Origin: a virus
Lineage: Duplodnaviria; Caudoviricetes
IMG/VR virus record: IMGVR_UViG_3300032116_000274
Location: 1 to 53,490 of that record
Reading direction: 5' to 3' (one strand)
Length of the DNA: 53,490 nucleotides
A program made the position numbers and the translations under genes. The notes beneath the pieces are model-generated. The model was given only the letters and a program-made list of their open reading frames with translations, made no database searches and was not told the DNA's origin. Each line of letters begins with the position of its first letter. Within the stretch, counting starts at the first letter, position 1. Positions 37,357-45,575 of the stretch are shown here, in pieces.

Positions 37357-38403
37357 ATGGAACTGGAAAACGCTTTTGTGCGTGTGATCAAGGGAAACAC
37401 ACGGCAGGGAGTGAGCGTTGATGGAACTGTGTTCCGTCTGCTGGGCCATCTCAATACCGATCAGTGGGGCACCTACATCACTGTAGATGGTCGTGGGCAT
37501 GAAGGTACCCGCAACGGCAAGGCCCGCATTTATGTGAGTGCCACAGGTTATCAGATGATTGATGCTCAAGGGGCTGTCCAAGCTGATCCCGCCGGTGTGA
37601 GCGTTGAAGAGCAGGACACTCGCACTGACGAAGAGATTAGGGTAGATCTTAAGGAAACTTTTGAGATTGTGGCCGAGATGACTGAGGCCACCACAACGGG
37701 TGTGATCAAGGGCTTGATCATCTCTGGGCCAGCTGGCATCGGCAAAAGCCACACGGTGGAGACCGTGCTGGACGAGACCATTGGGATGCAATGCAAGCTT
37801 CAGGGTCTTGAGCCCAAGTATGACATCATTAAGGGAAATTTGTCAGCTATCATGCTTTTTTGTAAGCTGTATCGATACAGCAGCAAGGGATCTGTGCTCG
37901 TGCTTGATGATTGCGACGGGCTCCTGTATGACGAAGATGGCTTGAATGTGCTTAAGGCAGTGCTGGATACCAAGAAGGTGCGTCGGGTGCATTGGGGCAC
38001 TAGCAGTGCTGTCTTGGAAAAGGAAGGTGTTCCCAGCAGCTTTGAGTTTGAAGGGTCATTGATCTTCCTCAGCAACATCAAATGGGACAATCCCAAGAGC
38101 CCACGCATTGCCAACCACCTTGCGGCCATCATGAGTCGAGTTCACTATTTGGACCTCAAGGTGGACACACTGCGTGAGCGTGTTATCCACATGCGCAATG
38201 TGGTTGAGACAACAGACATGCTGTGGGAATACGACTTCAACAAGCGTGATATGGATGATCTCATGGGCTGGATTATGGAAAACATCAACAAGATTCAGTT
38301 CGTGGACTTGCGCACGGTGCTCAAGGCTGCGGACCTGAAGCGTGCAATGCCCACCACGTGGCGCAAGCGTGCTGACCGAACCCTGTGCAAGCGTGGTAGC
38401 TGA
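37357..38403 (+). CDS. AAA+ type P-loop ATPase
   Basis: GPAGIGKS, VLVLDDCD, LKAVLD, IFLSN and AIMSR. Confidence 0.85.
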   Translation: MELENAFVRVIKGNTRQGVSVDGTVFRLLGHLNTDQWGTYITVDGRGHEGTRNGKARIYVSATGYQMIDAQGAVQADPAGVSVEEQDTRTDEEIRVDLKETFEIVAEMTEATTTGVIKGLIISGPAGIGKSHTVETVLDETIGMQCKLQGLEPKYDIIKGNLSAIMLFCKLYRYSSKGSVLVLDDCDGLLYDEDGLNVLKAVLDTKKVRRVHWGTSSAVLEKEGVPSSFEFEGSLIFLSNIKWDNPKSPRIANHLAAIMSRVHYLDLKVDTLRERVIHMRNVVETTDMLWEYDFNKRDMDDLMGWIMENINKIQFVDLRTVLKAADLKRAMPTTWRKRADRTLCKRGS

Positions 38404-38416
38404 AGGAGTAGATGAA

Positions 38417-38590
38417 ATGAAGCGAGTGGTGGTGACTGTTGAGTTCATGCTCCGTGCCGAGAACGATCTCCATGAGATGACTGAGGAGGAGCTGGCCACT
38501 GAAATCAGAGACCTCTTTGAAGACGAGCATCGCGGACTGGCTGAGTATGGCAGTGCGGGCGTGATGGCTTTGATGGCCCGGGAGGAATAG
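38417..38590 (+). CDS. Small acidic hypothetical protein
   Basis: RBS AAGGAG; MKRVVVTVEF... Confidence 0.65.
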   Translation: MKRVVVTVEFMLRAENDLHEMTEEELATEIRDLFEDEHRGLAEYGSAGVMALMAREE

Positions 38591-38591
38591 G

Positions 38592-38876
38592 ATGACACTG
38601 GAACAGGTGATCGCAAATCTTGAACACACCATCCAAGGCAAGCGCGAGCTGTTGAGCCACATTGCCTGTTACAGGGGCGACTCCCTTGTGGTTCAAGCCA
38701 CCCAGGGATTTGTGGAAGTGAACGTGGCTGAGCTGGAAGGCGTTCTGCAGGATCTCCGGAAGGTACAGACGGCCCAGAGGGCAGAACAGGCAGCAGGCTC
38801 TTGGGAAAAGAATCCCGACAGGATGGGCGGCTGCTACACCTCGGAAGAGATTGCAGCAAGCCAGGGTTGGAGATAA
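38592..38876 (+). CDS. Hypothetical protein
   Basis: RBS GGAGG; tightly packed operon. Confidence 0.75.
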   Translation: MTLEQVIANLEHTIQGKRELLSHIACYRGDSLVVQATQGFVEVNVAELEGVLQDLRKVQTAQRAEQAAGSWEKNPDRMGGCYTSEEIAASQGWR

Positions 38877-38879
38877 CAC

Positions 38880-39179
38880 ATGAGCAAGCGTGGGAATCGT
38901 CTTAAGGTACATGAGCCCACAACGGAACAGCGAGTGACCCAAAAGGTCAGCCAACTGCTGAGTGGAGAAACTGTCACACCACAGCTTGTGTATGATCTAT
39001 TGCTGCTTGGTTCTCGGTGCTATCGAGGAGGAGTGGGTCTACCACACAATGCAGTGTGGCAGGCGCTGTTGGATGGCTTTGCTGCACATGATAGGCACTA
39101 TCTCAATCCCTACCAGATGGCAGCCCTACGTGGCAGGTCTGAGGTTGATGACTGTGACTTTGAGCATCTAGCTCAGTAG
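38880..39179 (+). CDS. Hypothetical protein
   Basis: RBS GGAG; tightly packed operon. Confidence 0.7.
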   Translation: MSKRGNRLKVHEPTTEQRVTQKVSQLLSGETVTPQLVYDLLLLGSRCYRGGVGLPHNAVWQALLDGFAAHDRHYLNPYQMAALRGRSEVDDCDFEHLAQ

Positions 39180-39250
39180 GTTGACACCAAAAATAGGTTG
39201 CGAACAGCACCACCCAGTGCTAAGTTGCCACAAATAGAAAGGAACCTTAG

Positions 39251-39646
39251 ATGACACTCCGAGATCAAGCTGCGCTGGAATATCTCACCGAGTTTCTCAA
39301 GCGCAACCCCCAGATCCTAGAGATGGCTTATGGTGAGTATGGCTCCGATGAGGAACTGGCTGAGCTGCAACGCGCGGCCGAACAGCCCGCCAGTTGGGAA
39401 ATGTGGGGCCCAAGGAAGCCCATGAGCGACGATGAGTTTCGGCGAGGCCAGATTGGAGTGTATGACGAGGGCGTAACTCCCAACCAGTATGCGGAGCCCA
39501 CCAACACTGTGCCCAGGAAAACAGTGGCATTGATGCGCTATTTCAAGCACACTGATCCTGAGAGCGACATGGGCTTCAACCTGCTGGAACTCAAGACTGG
39601 CGAGTTTCGAGTAGGCATGCTGGCTGACAACTGGCCAGAAGATTAG
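39251..39646 (+). CDS. Hypothetical protein
   Basis: RBS AAAGGA with promoter-like sequence upstream. Confidence 0.8.
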   Translation: MTLRDQAALEYLTEFLKRNPQILEMAYGEYGSDEELAELQRAAEQPASWEMWGPRKPMSDDEFRRGQIGVYDEGVTPNQYAEPTNTVPRKTVALMRYFKHTDPESDMGFNLLELKTGEFRVGMLADNWPED

Positions 39647-39663
39647 GAGAGGTTACCTACTCC

Positions 39664-39885
39664 ATGGTCAGCTACAAAAATCCAGAAGCCCGCTGGCTCA
39701 AGATGCAAACACCTGCCTATAGGCTGGCACTGGCCCGGCTGACCAAGAGCCCGCCAGGTGCATATGATCCCAGCAGATGGAGCCTGCCCAACAGAGGTTA
39801 CGCATCCCGGAGGTTTAACCAACTGCTTCGAGATCTTGAGGTGTTTGCACCAATGCCCTTTGCGCCAGGCAAACATCACAGTTGA
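39664..39885 (+). CDS. Small basic hypothetical protein
   Basis: RBS AGGAGAGG. Confidence 0.6.
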   Translation: MVSYKNPEARWLKMQTPAYRLALARLTKSPPGAYDPSRWSLPNRGYASRRFNQLLRDLEVFAPMPFAPGKHHS

Positions 39886-39892
39886 AAACTTG

Positions 39893-39920
39893 TTGACGCA
39901 CAAGCAATATCTGCTACAAT
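39893..39920 (+). promoter_or_regulatory. Sigma70-type early promoter
   Basis: TTGACG-16 nt-TACAAT with an extended -10 TG. Confidence 0.7.
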
Positions 39921-39945
39921 CTTCAAAGTGAAAAGAGGAACCAAT

Positions 39946-40128
39946 ATGGGAAGCATTCTCATCGTAACGCTGATGCTTACTGGAGAGCCCAGCACCACCC
40001 CTCAGAGGCTTGAGGCGACCAACCCCAACTGCGCTTGGGAAAAGCGTGCGGTCATGGGCATGAATCAGGCCGAGTCTGAGGCTGGCACCAATGTACGCTA
40101 TATGCCCTATTGCGTGGGAAAGATGTAA
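39946..40128 (+). CDS. Small hypothetical protein with two Cys
   Basis: RBS GAGGA before ATG 39946. Confidence 0.6.
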   Translation: MGSILIVTLMLTGEPSTTPQRLEATNPNCAWEKRAVMGMNQAESEAGTNVRYMPYCVGKM

Positions 40129-40129
40129 G

Positions 40130-40597
40130 ATGCCTACTCTTTGGATGTTGGTGGGCGTACCCGGTGCAGGCAAGAGCACATGGATTGCCCAGCAGGGATT
40201 TGATCGAGACACTGTGATCATCAGCACTGATCGGCACATTGATGCAGAAGCGGCTCGTCAGGGTCTCACCTACAGCGAGGTGTTCAAGGGCCACATCAAG
40301 CGTGCCACCGCCATCATGAACGCTGATCTGGCCATGGCCATCAAGGATGGCGACGACATCGTGTGGGATCAGACCAATACCACAGCCAAAATCCGAGCTG
40401 CTAAGCTGGCCTCTGTGCCCAACACCTACCGGAAGGTGGCAGTGTTCTTTCCCACCCCCGAGGCCAAGGAGCTGGAGCGCAGGCTCGCATGCCGGCCGGG
40501 CAAGCACATTCCCTGGAACATACTGCAGGGCATGATTTCTCAGCTTGAGGCGCCCACCAAGGACGAGGGGTTTGACGAGGTTGTGGTTGTGTCATAG
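40130..40597 (+). CDS. P-loop kinase (AAA_33 / polynucleotide kinase-like)
   Basis: MLVGVPGAGKSTW, ISTD, VWDQTN and R...R..K.IP. Confidence 0.88.
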   Translation: MPTLWMLVGVPGAGKSTWIAQQGFDRDTVIISTDRHIDAEAARQGLTYSEVFKGHIKRATAIMNADLAMAIKDGDDIVWDQTNTTAKIRAAKLASVPNTYRKVAVFFPTPEAKELERRLACRPGKHIPWNILQGMISQLEAPTKDEGFDEVVVVS

Positions 40598-40605
40598 CCA
40601 ACTGA

Positions 40606-40711
40606 GCCGGTGAAAATTGCCCTGATAACTCCCAGGGCGGGCTCCATATTTGGGACCTTGGAAACAGGGTTAGGGAGGGGTTTAACTTGCCCGTTTAGCA
40701 GGACCCCCGGC
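40606..40711 (+). ncRNA. Candidate structured RNA (four-way junction with GNRA tetraloop)
   Basis: Four mutually compatible helices in a GC-rich intergenic gap (details in findings); no family recognised. Confidence 0.45.
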
Positions 40712-40721
40712 CACGAGGCAC

Positions 40722-40750
40722 TTGACACAACCACACACTGCCAATAGACT
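40722..40750 (+). promoter_or_regulatory. Sigma70-type promoter for the PspA-like gene
   Basis: TTGACA-17 nt-TAGACT. Confidence 0.7.
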
Positions 40751-40784
40751 ACTGATGCTATCAACACACCGAAAGGACCTACAC

Positions 40785-41510
40785 ATGGCTTTCTTCACCA
40801 GCTTCTTCAAATCCAAGATGGAGTCACTACACGACGGAGCTATCAGGCTAATGGCCTCCTGGGATCCGGCCGCAGTATCTGCCGCTCAACTCAAGGAATG
40901 GGATACCCAAGCCCAAGAGATGGCTGAGGCTGCTGCTCGAGCCGAAACCGACAGCCGAGCTGCCTCAGAGCGACTCGCAAATATCAAAAGCAACCTAGCT
41001 CGCTACACCGCTGCTGCTGAGAAGCTGATGGCTGCTGGCAACGAAACTGCTGCAAACAAGGCTGCTGATGAGGCACTGAAGTTCCAGGATCAGCTGAAGG
41101 ATGCTGAGGAAGAGGCCTCAGATGCCGCTGAGTGGGCTGCAGAAACTCGACAGGCTGCTGAAAACGCCCAGCGACTGGTTGTGGAAGGCCGGCAGAAGCT
41201 GGAACGTGCTCGCCGAGACCAAGAGCGTGCTGAGCAGGAGGCCCAGGTGGCAGAAGCACGTCGTGCCGAGCGTGAGCGTATGGCTGGCATCACCAAGGGG
41301 CTGAGTGGCACAGATGCTGCACTTGATGCTATGGCTGCCAATGCTCGAGAGGCTCGCGAACGTGCCGCTGCAAACCGAATTCGTAGCGATGCTCTGGGTA
41401 AGGCATCAGACAGTGACTCGGCAGTGGCCGCAGCTCTAGCAGAGGTTGATGGCAAGGGAAAGGCCAGTAGCCTGCAGGAAAAGCTGGCTGCACTTCGCGC
41501 TCGGGGCTAA
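40785..41510 (+). CDS. PspA/IM30 (ESCRT-III-like) family protein
   Basis: Amphipathic N-terminus MAFFTSFFKSK, DP motif, long Ala/Glu coiled coil with A.KL...GNETAA..A, C-terminal LQEKLAALR; RBS AAAGGA. Confidence 0.7.
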   Translation: MAFFTSFFKSKMESLHDGAIRLMASWDPAAVSAAQLKEWDTQAQEMAEAAARAETDSRAASERLANIKSNLARYTAAAEKLMAAGNETAANKAADEALKFQDQLKDAEEEASDAAEWAAETRQAAENAQRLVVEGRQKLERARRDQERAEQEAQVAEARRAERERMAGITKGLSGTDAALDAMAANAREARERAAANRIRSDALGKASDSDSAVAAALAEVDGKGKASSLQEKLAALRARG

Positions 41511-42136
41511 AACCAAGGATCGGTAATCACAAGGGTTTGGCCTCGTAGCATGAAGTTTTCATGGTGCAAGTCAAACCTTTTGATTCCGTGCTTTTTTGCT
41601 GCAAGAACGATCTTATCAGAGATGTCTAGCCAACTGGCATCTGGATAGCCAAATTTCTTCCACAAGTCTTGTAGATCATCTCTCACGTTAGTATCTGGCT
41701 CAATCCGTATGCCATATTGGTAGATCCAATCCTTTACCATATATTCATTACTATCAGTAATTGTGTCAATGCCATGTGTTTGGCCAACTGCCCACAGCCA
41801 GATCAATTCTGGTTTGTATAGCTTGGCCAAAGGCTCTTTGAGAATTGGCTTCAGCTTTTCCATTCTTGTATAGAGATAATCAGTGCCGGGTATTGGTGCT
41901 GTGTAACGGCTGAACACAGGAACATGTGGATTACTTTGGTTCTGTCTCACAAATTCCACAAACCATTCATAGCGACTGGGCTTGCGCCATATTTTCAATA
42001 CGTATTCACGTTTTGGATGTTCTGCTACAATACCCTCTTTGCCCTCGCCCAAAAGATACCAGCCATTTTTCTTGATTATTTGCAAGAGTGTTTGCGTTTT
42101 GATGTCTTTGGTTATTTGGATTTCATGTAGGTGCAT
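41507..42136 (-). CDS. T7 gp0.7-like Ser/Thr protein kinase, paralog 3
   Basis: LGEGKEGIV, YVLK, NPHVP, RMEKL, FDLHHENFM and ITDP. Confidence 0.8.
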   Translation of the reverse strand: MHLHEIQITKDIKTQTLLQIIKKNGWYLLGEGKEGIVAEHPKREYVLKIWRKPSRYEWFVEFVRQNQSNPHVPVFSRYTAPIPGTDYLYTRMEKLKPILKEPLAKLYKPELIWLWAVGQTHGIDTITDSNEYMVKDWIYQYGIRIEPDTNVRDDLQDLWKKFGYPDASWLDISDKIVLAAKKHGIKRFDLHHENFMLRGQTLVITDPWF

Positions 42137-42800
42137 AACTTAGTTTTCCAACAAATGGGTCAGTTAATACCAGGGTATTTTGCCTAAGCATGAAATTGTC
42201 AGCATGCAGGTCAAATCGTGTTTTTTGTCCCAGCGTGGGCAAGAATCGCACTAACAAATTTACAGTTGCCATCCAATCTTGCGGTGGCTGACCAATAGTT
42301 TTCCACATCTCACGTCTTGCAAAGAAGCCAGTAAGAAGCTTAGCTGCTTTGTTGGGATGAACCTTGTAGGCTCGTTCCAAACGTTGTCTCACACTGGAGT
42401 GGAAATTCCAATGCATCTCCAACCCGCGTTTTTGAAGCTCCAAATACAGGTATGTTATTTCTGGCATGAATGCAAAAAAGAGTTCATTCTCGCTTATGGC
42501 TTGGAGTGGTTCCATCCGCACGTAGTTCATTGGGGGTTGGCTACCTTGTAATTTCTGCGTTTTACGGCTAAATTTTGGGAGGTGAGGATCATTTAAATGA
42601 TCCCTACAAAGCTTTACAAATGCATTATATGAGGAACCTGATGGGAATATCTTCAACACATAAGGAACATCAGGCTTTGATACTACTGTTGCCTCTGCAC
42701 CTACACCTAAAACTTTCCAACCATATTTGGCAGCAATTTCCTGCCAATTGGCATTGCTTTGTTTGACATCTTGTGAGATGGAGATTTCATGTAATTTCAT
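42123..42800 (-). CDS. T7 gp0.7-like Ser/Thr protein kinase, paralog 2
   Basis: LGVGAEATV, YVLK, DPHLP, RMEPL, FDLHADNFM and LTDP. Confidence 0.8.
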   Translation of the reverse strand: MKLHEISISQDVKQSNANWQEIAAKYGWKVLGVGAEATVVSKPDVPYVLKIFPSGSSYNAFVKLCRDHLNDPHLPKFSRKTQKLQGSQPPMNYVRMEPLQAISENELFFAFMPEITYLYLELQKRGLEMHWNFHSSVRQRLERAYKVHPNKAAKLLTGFFARREMWKTIGQPPQDWMATVNLLVRFLPTLGQKTRFDLHADNFMLRQNTLVLTDPFVGKLSYAPT

Positions 42801-42803
42801 TGG

Positions 42804-43442
42804 TTATCTTGACACTAGTGGGTCTGCAATTACTAGAGTTTGCGCCCTTTGCATAAAGTTGTCAGAATGTAAATCCAACTTGCTGGGCCAATGTGTGCCT
42901 TGGTTGTACAACTCCAGCAATAGGTCAACCGCCTGTTTCCAGGTGGTGCTGGGTTGACCAATTTTGTCCCATAATTCATTTTGAATTGTGTGGTCAAATA
43001 TGCTGCCCCTAGACAACTGCCGCAAATACACCCCTACGGTGGGCGCAAACATCTCATGAAATTCCAAACCCAGTTTAGTGCTTTCAATATACAAGTAGGC
43101 CAACTCTGGAAGATGGTGTTGCATTAACTGAATTTGAGTCACTGGAGCCAATATTTCCATTCGCACATAACTCATTTCAGTGCCCGGAATAGGCCTTACA
43201 TAACGGCTGAATTTGGGAAAATGTGGGTTTTGTTGATTTTGTTGCACAAGTTTTACAAAATCCACATACGATGTATCAGTGCTGAATATTCTTAGCACAT
43301 ACGGCTTTTGTGGATGTTTCACAACCACAGCCTCTGTTCCTCTGCCCACCAAAGTCCAACCGTGCGATTTTACAACTTGTTGCCAATACACCGGCCCACG
43401 TTTTTTCAATTGTTTGGTGATTTCTAATTCAGCTAAATTCAT
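42804..43442 (-). CDS. T7 gp0.7-like protein kinase, paralog 1 (beta-3 Lys replaced by Arg)
   Basis: VGRGTEAVV, YVLR, NPHFP, RMEIL, LDLHSDNFM and IADP. Confidence 0.78.
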   Translation of the reverse strand: MNLAELEITKQLKKRGPVYWQQVVKSHGWTLVGRGTEAVVVKHPQKPYVLRIFSTDTSYVDFVKLVQQNQQNPHFPKFSRYVRPIPGTEMSYVRMEILAPVTQIQLMQHHLPELAYLYIESTKLGLEFHEMFAPTVGVYLRQLSRGSIFDHTIQNELWDKIGQPSTTWKQAVDLLLELYNQGTHWPSKLDLHSDNFMQRAQTLVIADPLVSR

Positions 43443-43518
43443 AGGAGTATTTATCTAAGGGGCCTTGGCTAAATGAGATCCTCCTCCTACAATCAGAAAT
43501 TGAAGCTGAGATGGAAAC

Positions 43519-44976
43519 ATGAACAAGACTGCAACAATAACTATTCAAGACGAGGTCAACATTCAAATCACAGGTATTGATTTACCTGTTAAAAGAGCAT
43601 TGGTAAATTGTGTCAAATATTTCTTGCCGTCAGCTCGGTATAGCCCTGCCTTCAAAATGGGAAGATGGGACGGTACCACGAGCTTTTGTACTCTTGGAGG
43701 CAAAACCTATCTTAATATTTTGGACAGGCTGCTGCCTGTGCTGCAAGATCATGGATATGAATTTGAAATTGATGACCAGCGAGCAGCCCATAACACAGAA
43801 TTTTCTCCTATTGATGAAAATTTTCTCAGCGAGTTACACTGGCCTGTAGGGCATAGATTTGCAGGGCATCGCATACAACTACGGGACTATCAGGTAGAGG
43901 CTATCAATAACTGCCTACAAAACCCACAGGGAGTAAATGTGCTTCCCACTTCAGCGGGCAAGACCATCATCACAGCCTCACTCAGTAAAATTGTGGAATC
44001 CAAAGGAAGAAGCATTGTAATTGTGCCCAACAAAAATCTTGTGCAACAAACAGAAGAAGACTATCGCAATATTGGTTTGGATGTGGGTGTGTTGTTTGGA
44101 GACAGAAAAGAATATGAGCACGCTCACACTATCTGCACATGGCAAAGCTTGAATGTCTTGGACAAAAAGAACAAAGACTGTCTCGATGGAGACCAGTTGG
44201 AAGTATTCATGAAAGATTTGGTATGTGTTATCTGTGACGAATGCCACGGTGTAAAGGATTTGAATGTGTTACATCAGCTGCTCACTAGTGTGTTCAAAAA
44301 CATTCCCATTCGCTGGGGACTCACAGGCACTATTCCTGAGGAAGAATACAAACAAGTGGGGTTGTTCACAGCCATAGGACCACAAATTGGTAGCTTAACT
44401 GCCAAAGAGCTCCAAGACAAAGGTGTTCTTGCACAGTGTGATGTCACGTGTTTACAAACACAAGAAACTTTTCAGTATGGAAACTATCAGGAAGAGTTGA
44501 AGTTTTTGGTTACAAATGATGAACGGTTAGCATGGATGGCAAAAACCATTGAAACCATTGCTGAGAGTGGCAACACACTTGTACTTGTGGACCGTATTGA
44601 AACTGGACAAAAACTCTATAATCAGCTCAGTGGTGCAGTGTTCATTTCTGGAGAAATGAAAGCCAAGGATCGCAGAGAGCATTACAAAGAAATCAACTTC
44701 AGCGATAACAAAATCATGGTAGCAACCTATGGCACAACATCTACTGGCATCAGCATCAACAGGATTTTCAATCTAGTGCTTGTGGAAGCAGGCAAAAGCT
44801 TTGTGCGAACTATTCAAAGCATTGGTAGGGGCCTAAGGATGGCTGATGATAAAGATCGGGTACAAATTTATGATATCAGCAGCAAGATGAAATTCAGCAA
44901 CAGCCACCTCAACAAAAGAAAACAATTTTATAAAAAAAGCGAGTATCCGTTTGAGGTGAAAAAAATACGTTACTAA
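43519..44976 (+). CDS. uvsW: UvsW-like SF2 DNA helicase
   Basis: LRDYQ, PTSAGKT, DECH, GLTGT, STGISI and QSIGRGLR. Confidence 0.93.
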   Translation: MNKTATITIQDEVNIQITGIDLPVKRALVNCVKYFLPSARYSPAFKMGRWDGTTSFCTLGGKTYLNILDRLLPVLQDHGYEFEIDDQRAAHNTEFSPIDENFLSELHWPVGHRFAGHRIQLRDYQVEAINNCLQNPQGVNVLPTSAGKTIITASLSKIVESKGRSIVIVPNKNLVQQTEEDYRNIGLDVGVLFGDRKEYEHAHTICTWQSLNVLDKKNKDCLDGDQLEVFMKDLVCVICDECHGVKDLNVLHQLLTSVFKNIPIRWGLTGTIPEEEYKQVGLFTAIGPQIGSLTAKELQDKGVLAQCDVTCLQTQETFQYGNYQEELKFLVTNDERLAWMAKTIETIAESGNTLVLVDRIETGQKLYNQLSGAVFISGEMKAKDRREHYKEINFSDNKIMVATYGTTSTGISINRIFNLVLVEAGKSFVRTIQSIGRGLRMADDKDRVQIYDISSKMKFSNSHLNKRKQFYKKSEYPFEVKKIRY

Positions 44977-45021
44977 TGTGATTATCACTTTAAATATTTG
45001 ATATCACATTAGGAACTTCCT

Positions 45022-45522
45022 TTGAGAATTTTGACCACAAACAATCAGGCGTACGACTTGAATCAACTTCCTGAAAAAGTTGACGATTTGAGATATTGTG
45101 TGCTGGACTACAGTGACAGCCACAATATTGACTACTATTGGTATCCATTGATATTCTTGGATATTTTTCATAGCCCTTGTGCAGATATCAAGATTGGTCC
45201 CTACAACATCCAAATGCCCTTGGATTGGAGCATTGTGGTGGGAGACAAACACGCTGGTGATCTAGAGATCATGAAGCTAGTTGACCTAAATGACAAGGAT
45301 TTTGACGCATTTTGCATCAATCCTATAAAAGGTTACATGCCAGATTTCTGCAATATTGAAATCTTGAATGTTTTTAGTGATGTCAAGTGGTATTTTCCCA
45401 GATTAAAAAATGGTCACATTCTGGCATTTCCGCTCACACAAGGCAGCAACCCACCTTGTGTGTTTTTTGTCAAAGAGTTGGGCAAACTGCCAGATCAATT
45501 GGATATTCGACAACTGGTTTAG
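45022..45522 (+). CDS. Conserved-looking hypothetical protein
   Basis: TTG start with RBS AGGA; TAAATA at 44991. Confidence 0.75.
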   Translation: MRILTTNNQAYDLNQLPEKVDDLRYCVLDYSDSHNIDYYWYPLIFLDIFHSPCADIKIGPYNIQMPLDWSIVVGDKHAGDLEIMKLVDLNDKDFDAFCINPIKGYMPDFCNIEILNVFSDVKWYFPRLKNGHILAFPLTQGSNPPCVFFVKELGKLPDQLDIRQLV

Positions 45523-45523
45523 G

Positions 45524-45551
45524 TTGACACGCTCCTTGGGTGCTATACAAT
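45524..45551 (+). promoter_or_regulatory. Sigma70-type early promoter
   Basis: TTGACA-16 nt-TACAAT. Confidence 0.65.
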
Positions 45552-45575
45552 AGGCACACAAACAGAGAGGTAGTC

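Noticed and set aside
38056-38859. Long antisense ORFs (e.g. 38056-38859, 9158-9988, 29102-29794, 4372-4995)
   Set aside because: They lie opposite well-supported genes and have no RBS or recognisable motifs.
40598-40720. Hammerhead ribozyme or cobalamin riboswitch (CTGA...GAAA; CCGGTGAAAAT)
   Set aside because: The CUGANGA core and the B12 box are not present; kept only as an unclassified structured RNA.
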